The notes under the pieces: generated by a model
The model's input: the letters and a program-made list of their open reading frames with translations, nothing else
What the model was told of the DNA's origin: nothing
Databases searched by the model: none
In this document: positions 49,218 through 58,322 of the stretch, piece by piece
Layout of the letters: every line of letters starts with the position of its first letter
How positions within the stretch are numbered: the first letter of the stretch is position 1
NCBI GenBank assembly: GCA_029547045.1
Contig: JAKPQL010000063.1
Coordinates: 119,727 to 183,726, forward strand
DNA: 64,000 nucleotides
Direction of reading: 5' to 3'
Source of the DNA: Deltaproteobacteria bacterium
GTDB taxonomy: Bacteria > Desulfobacterota > Desulfomonilia > UBA1062
Made by a program: the position numbers and the translations under genes

Positions 49218-49231
49218 GTCAACATTTTGAC
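49218..49231 (-). promoter_or_regulatory. inverted repeat GTCAA-N4-TTGAC about 85 bp upstream of the motA sigma-54 promoter (candidate enhancer-binding-protein site)
   Basis: Perfect 5-bp arms at the position expected for a bEBP UAS. Confidence 0.35.
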
Positions 49232-49276
49232 GCCGACCGGCAGACAGGGGGTCCGGGCGACAGAGCAAGGGTCTCT

Positions 49277-49319
49277 CGCCCGCCCTCTCCCGCCCTGTTC
49301 GGGCGGGAGAGGGCGGGCG
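49277..49319 (-). terminator. GC-rich stem-loop (19-bp stem, 5-nt loop) immediately downstream of flgE
   Basis: CGCCCGCCCTCTCCCGCCC-tgttc-GGGCGGGAGAGGGCGGGCG. The U-tract is weak on both strands, so it may act as a bidirectional or processing hairpin. Confidence 0.5.
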
Positions 49320-49350
49320 TTGTCACACCGTATGAGTATGAGTCAGCCCG

Positions 49351-50856
49351 TTACCGCTTCAGGTTGATGAGCTCCTGGAGCATGTTGTCCACCGTGGTGA
49401 TGATGCGGGAGTTGGCCTGGAAGCCGCGCTCCGTGGTGATCATCTTCACGAACTCGGCCGCGATGTCCACGTTGGACTGCTCCAGCGAGTTGGGCGCGAT
49501 CCTGCCCAAGCCGTTCTCGCCCGGCCGGCCGGTGATGGCGTCACCCGACTCGCGGGTGGCGGCCCAGAGGTTGCCGCCCACCTTGAACAGGGCCTGCTGG
49601 TTGTTGAACTTGGCAAGGCCCACCCGGTAGAGGTTGAGGATCTGGCCGTTACTGTAGTGGCCCGTCATGACGCCGTCCGTGCCCACGGAGATGCTCTCCA
49701 GGAAGCCGGTGCCGTACCCGTCCTGGGTCTGGTACACCGTGGTGGACGAGGACGCGTACTGGGTGGAGGTGAGCGCCTGGGGCTCCCAGGAAGAGGTGGG
49801 GAGCGCCGCGCCCCCGGCCACGTCCGCCACCGTCACGGCGGCACCGCCCCAGGTCCCGTCAGTGCTTCGGGTGCCGAACTGGGCCGAGATCACCTGGTCC
49901 ACGCCCGTGATGAACTGGGCCGTGAACTGGGGGTAGCCCTCGGCGGAGAAGGTCGTGGACCGGGTCCAGTTGGCCGGGTCCGTGGGGTCGCCCGCCCCGT
50001 CGTACACGAAGGCGCTCATGGACTCCAGGGCGCCGCTCTGGGAGTCGTAGGTCAATGTGCCCCGCATGAGCACGCCCTGGGCAGAGGTGCCCGCCACACC
50101 GGTCCTGAGGTCGTCCACGGGGTTGCAGGTGATGATGTACTCCCAGGTGTTCTCCAGGTCCGTGACACCAGGGGCATACTCGCTGGCGGCATCGAGCTTG
50201 TCGTAGATGATGGACAGGTCGTGGGAGTTGCCCTGGGAATCGTAGACCCGGATGGCGGTCTGGTACCCGTAGGCAGCGTCGCCTATGGGCTCGGCCTGGG
50301 TGGCGTCCCAGGCGCCGAACAGGCTCGCCACGTTCGTGGTGTCCTCGCTGTTCAGGTTGGTGATGGCCGTGACCGCCGCCGTGGGCTCGGGCGGCGAGGT
50401 GAAGGCGCTCAGCCGGATGTCCTGCAGCGTGCCCACGTCGTCGCCGTCCTCGTCCAGTGTCCAGCCCTGGGCCACGTACCCCTCGGGGTTGATGAACCAG
50501 CCGTCCGCGTCGAACCGGAACTGGCCCGCCCGGGTGTAGTACACGGTCTCCGATTCCTGGGGCGAGACCATGAAGAACCCGTTGCCGCCAATGGCCAGGT
50601 CCGTGGCGGACGAGGTGGACTCGAAGGAGCCCTGCTGGAACAGGGTGTCCACTGTGCTCAGTGCCGCGCCGCGGCCGATCTGGGCCGTGCCCGCCGAGGT
50701 GGCCACAGACTGTGCCAGAACGTCCTGGAACGTGGTCCTGCTCGACTTGAAGCCGATGGTGTTCACGTTGGCGATGTTGTCGCCGATGACGCTCATGGCG
50801 TTGCCGTTGGTTGAAAGACCGCTGATGCCGGAAAACAGGGAACTTGATATACTCAT
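49351..50856 (-). CDS. flgE: flagellar hook protein FlgE
   Basis: N-terminal SISSSLFSGISGL...IANVNTIGFK and C-terminal ...ITTVDNMLQELINLKR rod/hook domains. Confidence 0.9.
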   Translation of the reverse strand: MSISSSLFSGISGLSTNGNAMSVIGDNIANVNTIGFKSSRTTFQDVLAQSVATSAGTAQIGRGAALSTVDTLFQQGSFESTSSATDLAIGGNGFFMVSPQESETVYYTRAGQFRFDADGWFINPEGYVAQGWTLDEDGDDVGTLQDIRLSAFTSPPEPTAAVTAITNLNSEDTTNVASLFGAWDATQAEPIGDAAYGYQTAIRVYDSQGNSHDLSIIYDKLDAASEYAPGVTDLENTWEYIITCNPVDDLRTGVAGTSAQGVLMRGTLTYDSQSGALESMSAFVYDGAGDPTDPANWTRSTTFSAEGYPQFTAQFITGVDQVISAQFGTRSTDGTWGGAAVTVADVAGGAALPTSSWEPQALTSTQYASSSTTVYQTQDGYGTGFLESISVGTDGVMTGHYSNGQILNLYRVGLAKFNNQQALFKVGGNLWAATRESGDAITGRPGENGLGRIAPNSLEQSNVDIAAEFVKMITTERGFQANSRIITTVDNMLQELINLKR

Positions 50857-50876
50857 ACGTGCCTCCTTTTCTGTGC

Positions 50877-51548
50877 TTAGCCGGTGATCTTGGTTATGTC
50901 GGCGAGCGTTATCTTCTTGTCGCCCACCTGCAGGTAGATGGTGCCGTTCTCAAAGGTCACCCCGGTGACCGTGCCGTTGGCGTACGAGGTGGTGCCCACC
51001 GCGGCCCCGGTGAGACCCGTGGCCTGGATGCCGAAGTAGTACGTGCCCGGGCTGAGGACCTCGCCGCTGTTGTTCCGTCCGTCCCAGACGCAGGACACGT
51101 CACCCTGCTGGACGCCCCTCATGTCCATGGTGCGCACGGCCGATCCCGAGGAATTGTAGATTGTCACCGTCACCAGCGACGCGTTGTCCTGCAGGTTGAA
51201 GTCGATGGTGGACTCTGCGCCGGTGAAGTTGATGGTGTTACCGGTGGCGTTCACCTGCTTCCCGATGAACGAGGCTGCCTGCATGCTGTTCATGGAGTTC
51301 TGGAACCGCGCCATGAGCTCGATGTTGCTGTTCATCTCGGAGAGCGACTCCAGCTGGGAGAACTGGGCGAGCTGGGCGGTGAACTCGGTGTTCTCCACGG
51401 GGTTGAGCGGGTCCTGGTACTGGAGCTGCTTCACGAGCAGGTTCAGGAACATGTTCTTCTGCTCCGCGATCTTGTCCCTGACCGCGCCCGTCGAGGTGGC
51501 ATCCGCTGCCGACTGGTTCGCCAGGATGGTGTCCAATCCGATGGCCAT
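50877..51548 (-). CDS. flgD: flagellar hook assembly (capping) protein FlgD
   Basis: FLNLLVKQLQYQDPLNP signature. RBS GGGAGGAG. Confidence 0.85.
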   Translation of the reverse strand: MAIGLDTILANQSAADATSTGAVRDKIAEQKNMFLNLLVKQLQYQDPLNPVENTEFTAQLAQFSQLESLSEMNSNIELMARFQNSMNSMQAASFIGKQVNATGNTINFTGAESTIDFNLQDNASLVTVTIYNSSGSAVRTMDMRGVQQGDVSCVWDGRNNSGEVLSPGTYYFGIQATGLTGAAVGTTSYANGTVTGVTFENGTIYLQVGDKKITLADITKITG

Positions 51549-51573
51549 GATCTTACTCCTCCCTCACACGTGT

Positions 51574-53271
51574 CTAGGCAATGATGTCGAGCCTGCCGGC
51601 CTCGATGAAGCGGCCCGCGGGCGCATAGCCGTGCCCGTACTCCCCTGTCTCCCTCCCGGGGTTCCGGGAGCCCTGCTCCCTTCCCTGCTGGCCGGACCCG
51701 CCGCGGTTCCCTTCGTTTCCGAGCCAGGCCAGGGCCTGCCGGTGGTCCCGCGCGGTAAAGGTGTCCGTGGTCACCACGAACTGGGTGGCCTTGATGCCCT
51801 GCTCGGACAGGGCGTCCTTCAGCACGTGCATGTTCTGCTGGATGATGTCGCGGGTGAGGGGCTGGTCCACCTTGAAGGAGGCCATGACCCGGCCGTCCTC
51901 CACGCGGATGTCGATGTCCACCCGGCCGAGCAGGGGCGGGTTGAGCCGCAGCGTCAGGGAACCCTCGCCGCTCTTTGCGTATGCCGGAACCGCCTGTCTG
52001 ATCTGGTCCACGACCTCCCGGGTGTAGTGCCGGGTCACCACGGAGGCGTCATCCGAGACCTGGCGGACAAGGGCCTCGAGCATGCCCTTGTCGAACACCG
52101 CAGGCGCCAGGGTGGTGGCCACCTCCGGCGCGTGGGTCTTCACCATGGTCTCGATCCCCGCGAACTCCTCCTCCGAGAGGGCACCCTTGAGCATGCCCAG
52201 GGCATCCACGGCCTGCCGGGGGAGCTCGGTGTCCGCTTTGGCGGACAGGACCGCGGATATCCTGGCCGTGGCCTCCTGCACGGCGGCGTGTCGTACCTGG
52301 GAGTCGGTGGCGAAGACAAGGTCACGCGCAAGACCCTTCGGGATGTTGAAGGTGTCTTCCAGGGCATCCACCATGGCGGCGACCTGGACCGTCACCTCCG
52401 GGGCCGTCGCAGCAGCGGGCTGGATTGTCACCTGGGATGCCGTGACGGCGGCGGCCTGGACTGCTGACTCAGGGCTCGTCGGCACGGCTGCCGGGCCGCT
52501 GGAAAGACCCGTAGTGCCCGCAGCTGCTGCCTGCGCCTGGGCAGGACGTGTGAAAAGGACATGGCGGCCTTCAGACAGTTCCGCATGGGGGTGCTTTACC
52601 ACCTCTGCTACGGACTCCTGGATCTGGGAGACGATCTTTGTGATGTCTGACGGCGTCGTCGTGGCCTGGGCCGCTGGTTGTTCCGGCGTGCCGGGCACGC
52701 CCTGGCGAAAGCCCCTGGATACGATGAACTGCGCCACCACCGCGTCATAGGTGGCCTGGTCCGCGGTGGCCAGGGTGATGAGCCGGCCGGTTTCCACCGG
52801 GCCTGCGCCGGTCTGCTGGCCGAGCCATGTCGAGATCGACTCGGCAAGTTTTGCCTTGAGGTCGTTCACTGCAGCGGGGTCTGAGAAGATCTGCGCAATG
52901 TCCGCGTCCTTGAATCCGCAGGACGCGAGGATGGCCTTCAGCCCCTCGTCGGAGAGCCCCTGGGGAGTGCCCGCAAGGAGCGCCCGGGCATCATCGCTGC
53001 CCAGGCCCAGCGACTTGAGCGCAGCAAGGAACTGGAACAGCGGTGTTGCCTGGGGCATCGCAGTGATGGCGGCGAGGAGTTCCCCGTCGAGGGTCTCCCG
53101 GGCCTGCAGGGCCTGTCCGAACAGGGCCGCACCCGCTCTGGGCCCACCGGAGAGGGCTGCCTGGAGCTGGGCATCGAATCCCTGGGGGGTGTTCCCGTGG
53201 CCCATGACGCGCTGCAGCAGACCCATTGCCCCGCTGGCAATACCCATCAGTGCTGCTAGGGGTGATGGCAT
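51574..53271 (-). CDS. fliK: flagellar hook-length control protein FliK
   Basis: C-terminal Flg_hook domain (GSLTLRLNPPLLGRVDIDIRVEDGRVMASFKVD) and Ala/Pro/Thr-rich low-complexity middle. Confidence 0.75.
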   Translation of the reverse strand: MPSPLAALMGIASGAMGLLQRVMGHGNTPQGFDAQLQAALSGGPRAGAALFGQALQARETLDGELLAAITAMPQATPLFQFLAALKSLGLGSDDARALLAGTPQGLSDEGLKAILASCGFKDADIAQIFSDPAAVNDLKAKLAESISTWLGQQTGAGPVETGRLITLATADQATYDAVVAQFIVSRGFRQGVPGTPEQPAAQATTTPSDITKIVSQIQESVAEVVKHPHAELSEGRHVLFTRPAQAQAAAAGTTGLSSGPAAVPTSPESAVQAAAVTASQVTIQPAAATAPEVTVQVAAMVDALEDTFNIPKGLARDLVFATDSQVRHAAVQEATARISAVLSAKADTELPRQAVDALGMLKGALSEEEFAGIETMVKTHAPEVATTLAPAVFDKGMLEALVRQVSDDASVVTRHYTREVVDQIRQAVPAYAKSGEGSLTLRLNPPLLGRVDIDIRVEDGRVMASFKVDQPLTRDIIQQNMHVLKDALSEQGIKATQFVVTTDTFTARDHRQALAWLGNEGNRGGSGQQGREQGSRNPGRETGEYGHGYAPAGRFIEAGRLDIIA

Positions 53272-53308
53272 GTTCGCCTCCGCACACAAGTCGTTGCCCC
53301 TCCCATGA

Positions 53309-53323
53309 GCAACCATGATGCCA
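53309..53323 (-). promoter_or_regulatory. sigma-54 promoter upstream of fliK-flgD-flgE (TGGCAT-catgg-TTGCT)
   Basis: Minus-strand reading ccTGGCATcatggTTGCTcat. GG and GC dinucleotides are correctly spaced, about 40 nt upstream of the fliK ATG. Confidence 0.6.
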
Positions 53324-53690
53324 GGGGCCTGCGGAGCGTGGATTTTCCAAGACGATCAGGGGTGAGTTCCGATCCTGGGAGGGAAAATATTCACCTCCCG
53401 GGTGCAAATGTTGCCTGATGAGGGGGATATGCCGGGCATGGTTTCCCTGGCTTTCCTCCGACCGCGCTCCGGGCATATCATGCGGAGCAGACCTTTCAGC
53501 CCCCGGACCGGGTGGTGAAACACGACGTCAGGGAGGCCAGGGGTGCGGACGCGGCCGCCTGCAGCCCCTGGACCGGGGGTACTCAATGGACCGCCGGGCG
53601 GTCTACCGGGGAGCCCGGAGGCTCCGGGGCACGGACCCGAGGACCTTCCAGGTGCCGCAGCCGTAAGGGCAGGGCACGGTGTGTCACCAG

Positions 53691-54192
53691 TCAGTGCTGG
53701 ACAACGATCTCGAACACCCCGTCACCGTCCTCGTCCAGCCCCAGCAGCTTGGTACTGTAATCGAATGTCGCCCGGGTGGGCCCGCCCGCAGGACCGGTTC
53801 CACCGGTGACCATGATGGAACCGCTGATGAAGGAATCCTCATCGACCAGCAGCTGCTCGACGGTGGTGAAATCCACGTACCCATGGTCCTGATGGTAGAA
53901 GCGCATGGAAAACACGTGCTCCTCCTGATCGCCGAAGTCCCGGATGTCTTCCATGGCATGCTCCACCTTGAAGGTCCTGTTCCTGGTGACATTGGTAATG
54001 AACGGAATAGAACAGCAGATCGTTCACGTTATCCCTGGTGAGGATGGCCTGAGTGGTCGGACCCGTATACGGATCCTCGGTCACTACCGCCCCGCCGTCG
54101 CCGCCACTCCCTCCGCCTCCACCGCAGGATGCGGAAAGAATCAGGGCAAATGCCAGGCATGCCGGAATACAACGAGTTGTCGTTCCTCCCAT
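53691..54192 (-). pseudogene. lipoprotein gene split by a +1/-1 frameshift (or sequencing error)
   Basis: ORF 53839-54192 gives a clean lipoprotein N-terminus (lipobox ILSASCGGGGGSGG, ...DNVNDLLFYS) and then degenerates into Arg/His junk. ORF 53691-53966 in the adjacent frame is clean acidic coding sequence. The two overlap by about 30 codons, and the shift lies within about 53966-54040. Confidence 0.4.
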
Positions 54193-54438
54193 GGTCGTGA
54201 TCCTCCCATAGAAACACTTCAGGGTGTATCCGTCCGGATGGCGACAGCCCGGACGGGCACCGGAAGCCCCACTCTAGCAGAAACCGCCACGAACTGACAC
54301 GAATGGCAGGGCCTGGATGAGGGCACGGCACACAGGCCGTTTTCATTTTCCTCCCCCCACATGACGATACATGGGTATGGCCTCGATGCCTGAGACCGCT
54401 GTAGAACCCATGGGAATGGAGCGGAAGGAGCCTGTACG

Positions 54439-55890
54439 ATGAAGCAATGCTGCGCATACCACCCCACCAGGCCAGCCCTGTGGCAGTGCCCGGAGTGCAG
54501 CACCCTGTTCTGCCCGGACTGCATGGCCCGGCAGTCCCTGGGCCCGGGACGGACCCTGAACCTGTGCCCGAGGTGCAGCGTGCCGGCCACGAGGCTGGGC
54601 CTGGCGAACATGATAGAGCCGTTCTGGAACAGGATCCCGCAGTTCTTCACCTACCCCTTCACCCCCCGCTCCGCAGCCCTCATCGTGCTGCTGGCCGTCA
54701 TGGTGGCCGCCCTCTACTCCGAGGACAGCAGGGGCATGTCCGGGTTCCTGGCCACCATCGCCTCCCTGGTCATGCTCAAGTACTCCTTCGCGGCCCTGAG
54801 GCGCACGGCCCACGGCGACCTGAACCCCCCGGAGATGAGCCAGGAGACCATCTCCGAAGACTTTCACATCGTGTTCATGGTCTCGGTCATCTACGGCATG
54901 GTGTTCGGCATCGGTTTTGTCCTCATGGGCATCTTCGGGATCGGTCTCGGCCTGGTGGGCCTGAGCCTTCTCATGTTCCTGGTGCCGGCCATGGTCATCG
55001 TCCTGGCCACGAGCACCAGCGTGGGCAAGGCGCTGAACCCCTACTATTTCGGACGCCTGGCAGCGAGGATGGGCAAGGGCTACCTCATCATGTACTTATT
55101 CTGCCAGATCCTCCAGGCAGCGCCCCTGCTCGTCATCTGGGTCCTGAGCCCACATCTGCCGCCCCGGCTGACCGTGTTCCTCTACACCCTGGCCCTGAAC
55201 TACTACACCCTGGTCACCTTCCACCTCATGGGCTACGCCATCCTCCAGTACCACGAGGAGATCGGCTACGAGGTGGAGCACGAGGACAGGTTCCTCACGC
55301 ACGGCCAAAACGGCCTGAAGGCCGCCCCGGCCACCAGGGAGCAGGCCCTGGTGAACCGGCTGAACATCCACATCACGGACGGCCGTATCGACGAGGCCAT
55401 CGCGCTGGTGAAGAAGGAAACCGGCGGAGAGATAGACGACCTGGAGGTCTCGGGCAAGTACTACCACCTCCTCAAGGCCGGGCAGAAGACGCCCGAGCTC
55501 CTGGAGCACGCGCAGAGACACCTCGAACTCCTCCTCAGGGCGGGCAAGAAGGACGGCCTGGAGACCACCTACCGCGAGTGCGTTGAGCTCGACAGGCAGT
55601 TCACACCGTCAGGCCCCCTGACCATGCGGCTCGCCGAGAACCTGAGCTCATCCGGCGACCCCCGCGAGGCGGTGAACCTCCTGAACCGCTTCATCAAGAA
55701 GAACCCGGACGCCCCCCAGACGCCGCATGCGTACCTGAAGGCGGCGGACATCTTCCTGGGCCGCCTCATGGACCCCCACAAGGCAGTGCAGATCCTGCGC
55801 CACCTGAAGAGGAGCTACCCGGACCACGAGATCATGGCGGACGTGGAGCAGAACCTGCACAAGATAAGCCTTTCCCACGGCATTCAATAG
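54439..55890 (+). CDS. membrane protein with N-terminal Cys4x2 zinc-ribbon, polytopic core and C-terminal TPR-like helical domain
   Basis: CAYHPTRPALWQCPECSTLFCPDCMARQ...CPRC has four CxxC pairs. About 6 TMs. The C-terminal 160 aa form helical repeats. RBS GGAAGGAG. Confidence 0.6.
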   Translation: MKQCCAYHPTRPALWQCPECSTLFCPDCMARQSLGPGRTLNLCPRCSVPATRLGLANMIEPFWNRIPQFFTYPFTPRSAALIVLLAVMVAALYSEDSRGMSGFLATIASLVMLKYSFAALRRTAHGDLNPPEMSQETISEDFHIVFMVSVIYGMVFGIGFVLMGIFGIGLGLVGLSLLMFLVPAMVIVLATSTSVGKALNPYYFGRLAARMGKGYLIMYLFCQILQAAPLLVIWVLSPHLPPRLTVFLYTLALNYYTLVTFHLMGYAILQYHEEIGYEVEHEDRFLTHGQNGLKAAPATREQALVNRLNIHITDGRIDEAIALVKKETGGEIDDLEVSGKYYHLLKAGQKTPELLEHAQRHLELLLRAGKKDGLETTYRECVELDRQFTPSGPLTMRLAENLSSSGDPREAVNLLNRFIKKNPDAPQTPHAYLKAADIFLGRLMDPHKAVQILRHLKRSYPDHEIMADVEQNLHKISLSHGIQ

Positions 55891-55916
55891 GAAGGATTTC
55901 CTAACGCTCGCCTGCC

Positions 55917-57407
55917 TCAGGAAGGCCCGGCCGCTCCCTGCTGCTGCACCAGCTCCCGCGCGGCCGCGGCCTCGCGGCTGTCCGGGTAGCCCTCCAGGAG
56001 CAGGCGCGCCAGGCGCAGCGACCTGTCGGTGTCCCCCTGGTCGCGGCAGGCCCTGGCAAGGGCGAACATCATGCGTGGGAGCTGTTTCGTCTCCCCATGC
56101 TCCTTGTGAAGGACCATGACGATCCCCTCCGCGTCGTCGACGAGACCACCGGCGATGAACGCGGCCCCGACGCGGACCAGGAGATCGGGCCTGATGCGGG
56201 GCTGCCCTGCGCGTTCACGGTATTCCCGGTAGAGCCTCTGGAGCTCCCGGACCTGCCTGGGGTCCTTGATCAGGCTCTCCATGAGCAGCGAAGAGGCCTC
56301 GGTGTAGGCATCGCCCGCCCCACCGAGCTTCTCCGCGTTGTAGAGCTGGGTCAGGGCGGCCCGGTGGTTCGGGTCCAGGGCCAGGACCTCGCGGAGCAGG
56401 GACCGCGCCCTGGTGATGTCGAGCTTCTCCATGGCGCGCATGGCCCCTTCGAGCAGCCCGGGGATCTTCTCGGGCACGTCCTGGTCGAACACCTTCGCAT
56501 CCGCCTTCGGCATGTAGATGCGATCGACGTAGCCCAGGGCCGAACCGCCCAGCAGCCCCCCCACGTGGGCCATGTAGGCCACGGTGCCGTACGAGTCGAG
56601 GAAGTACTGGAGGATCTCGTTGCCGATGTAGAAGGGCAGGATGGCGATGGCCGGCACCATGGTGTAGTTGAAGTAGACGCCCAGGGAGTAGAAGACCTTG
56701 ATCTTCCGGGTCCAGTAGAGCACCAGGTACGCGCCGATGAGCGCCGAGATGGCCCCGGACGCGCCCACCAGGGGGCGAATGCTGTGGAGGTTCAGGGCAC
56801 AGAAAAGCCCCACCGCGCACAGTCCGCCGACGAAGTAGATGGCCAGGTACACCGCGCGGCCGCACCCCATCTCCAGGACGCACCCCACCAGCCAGAGGAA
56901 GACCATGTTCCCCAGCAGATGGCCGAAGCTGCCGTGGAGGAACATGTGGGTGAAGGCCGTGACGACGGAGGAGTCGCCGGGCTTGAACCCGTACCGGTCG
57001 GACACCACCAGGGAGAGCTTCTCCTTGAAGTGTGCCCTCAGATCCAACCAGTGATCGTACTCCGCGTGTTCTGGCGTGATGACGAGCCCCTGGTCGAGCT
57101 CCGAGCAGAAGCGCTCGTCGCTGAACATCTCCTCGCCGTAGCGGTCCAGGTCGGCCCGGCTGAGCGTGATCTTCCCGTCCTTGCCCACGAGCTTCGGGTC
57201 CTTCTTGTCCAGGCCCTTCTCCTGGATGTACGCGCTCACCTCGATTCGCGCCAGGCCGGAGCTCAGGTAGTAGTCGTACGCCGCATACTGGTTCCGGGCG
57301 TCGTCCGCCTGGATGACGAAGTAGACCAGGCAGTTCACCGCGATGATGGCAATGGTGACAAAGGGCGGGTTCTTCCAGCTCACCTTTCCTGACAAGGGGA
57401 TAATCAT
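55917..57407 (-). CDS. rhomboid-family intramembrane serine protease with C-terminal TPR-like domain
   Basis: GASGAISALIGAY (GxSG) and AHVGGLLGG (catalytic His) in a 6-TM core, then 200 aa of helical repeats. Confidence 0.8.
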   Translation of the reverse strand: MIIPLSGKVSWKNPPFVTIAIIAVNCLVYFVIQADDARNQYAAYDYYLSSGLARIEVSAYIQEKGLDKKDPKLVGKDGKITLSRADLDRYGEEMFSDERFCSELDQGLVITPEHAEYDHWLDLRAHFKEKLSLVVSDRYGFKPGDSSVVTAFTHMFLHGSFGHLLGNMVFLWLVGCVLEMGCGRAVYLAIYFVGGLCAVGLFCALNLHSIRPLVGASGAISALIGAYLVLYWTRKIKVFYSLGVYFNYTMVPAIAILPFYIGNEILQYFLDSYGTVAYMAHVGGLLGGSALGYVDRIYMPKADAKVFDQDVPEKIPGLLEGAMRAMEKLDITRARSLLREVLALDPNHRAALTQLYNAEKLGGAGDAYTEASSLLMESLIKDPRQVRELQRLYREYRERAGQPRIRPDLLVRVGAAFIAGGLVDDAEGIVMVLHKEHGETKQLPRMMFALARACRDQGDTDRSLRLARLLLEGYPDSREAAAARELVQQQGAAGPS

Positions 57408-57519
57408 ATCACAGACCTCTCATGCCCTGTGTATCTGTTCGGCAGGCAGGGTGGTGGAACATGACTCTCCAGGCAGATATGGTATACGTGCCCGGGGGGT
57501 CATGCTGCATCGTGCATCG

Positions 57520-57924
57520 CTACCCCTTTGTCCAGTCTTCAAGCTGCAGGTCAGGTATCCTCTTGAATTCGCGGAGATTGTTGGTCACCAGGGTGAGGGC
57601 TCGGCTTCGCGCCTGCGCCGCAATGAGCATATCCATGGCGCCTATCACGAGGCCTTTGCGCTCCAGATGCCACCTGATCTCACCATAATGCATGGTGGCA
57701 TGGTCATCGAACGGGATGACTTCCAGTGGTGTCGTAAAGGCAAGCAGCGCTTCCCGGTTCTGCTCGGGCCTGCTGCTCTTGGCTGCACCGTATTCCAGTT
57801 CGGCAACGGTGACGGCGGATACGGCCGCGTCCCCCGGTGAGAGCCTTCGAAGTCGGTTGACAACCTGTATGGGCTGCTGCTTGATGATGAAGATACAGAT
57901 GTTCGTGTCGAGGAGATACCGCAT
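57520..57924 (-). CDS. vapC: type II toxin VapC (PIN-domain RNase)
   Basis: MRYLLDTNICIF...VSAVTVAELEYGA...DMLIAAQA are the PIN acidic residues. ATGA overlap with vapB. Confidence 0.85.
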   Translation of the reverse strand: MRYLLDTNICIFIIKQQPIQVVNRLRRLSPGDAAVSAVTVAELEYGAAKSSRPEQNREALLAFTTPLEVIPFDDHATMHYGEIRWHLERKGLVIGAMDMLIAAQARSRALTLVTNNLREFKRIPDLQLEDWTKG

Positions 57925-58151
57925 CACAGAGCTTCCCTGAGTTGGGCAGGAGGCTGTTCCCGTTCTTCCATGAAGTCATCCGTAAACCGGTCCAGGCTCG
58001 TCACCAGAGGCTCCCACGGGTCATCCTTGGGGAGGAGGATCACGATGCGCCCGAGCCGTTTCACGTAGACCTCGGTCCCGTCAAAGCTGTATTCCTTGGG
58101 AAGCCTGACAGCCTGGCTTTTTCCATTTCTAAAGAGCTTTGCCTTGTCCAT
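57924..58151 (-). CDS. vapB: type II antitoxin VapB (SpoVT/AbrB-type)
   Basis: MDKAKLFRNGKSQAVRLPKEYSF, 75 aa. RBS GGAGGG is 7 nt upstream of the ATG at 58151, so the longer track ORF is not used. Confidence 0.75.
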   Translation of the reverse strand: MDKAKLFRNGKSQAVRLPKEYSFDGTEVYVKRLGRIVILLPKDDPWEPLVTSLDRFTDDFMEEREQPPAQLREAL

Positions 58152-58322
58152 GGGAGACCCTCCAAGTATATACTGATAAGTATAGATCAGATCGCGCATG
58201 TTGTCAATGAAACCGATCAAGCGGTATCGGGTTGCTATTCGTCAACACTTACACAGATCCGAACGGCTTGTTGTATCTTTTCTCAGTTGTTTGAGTTCCT
58301 TTTCTCAATGTGTTGAGAACTG

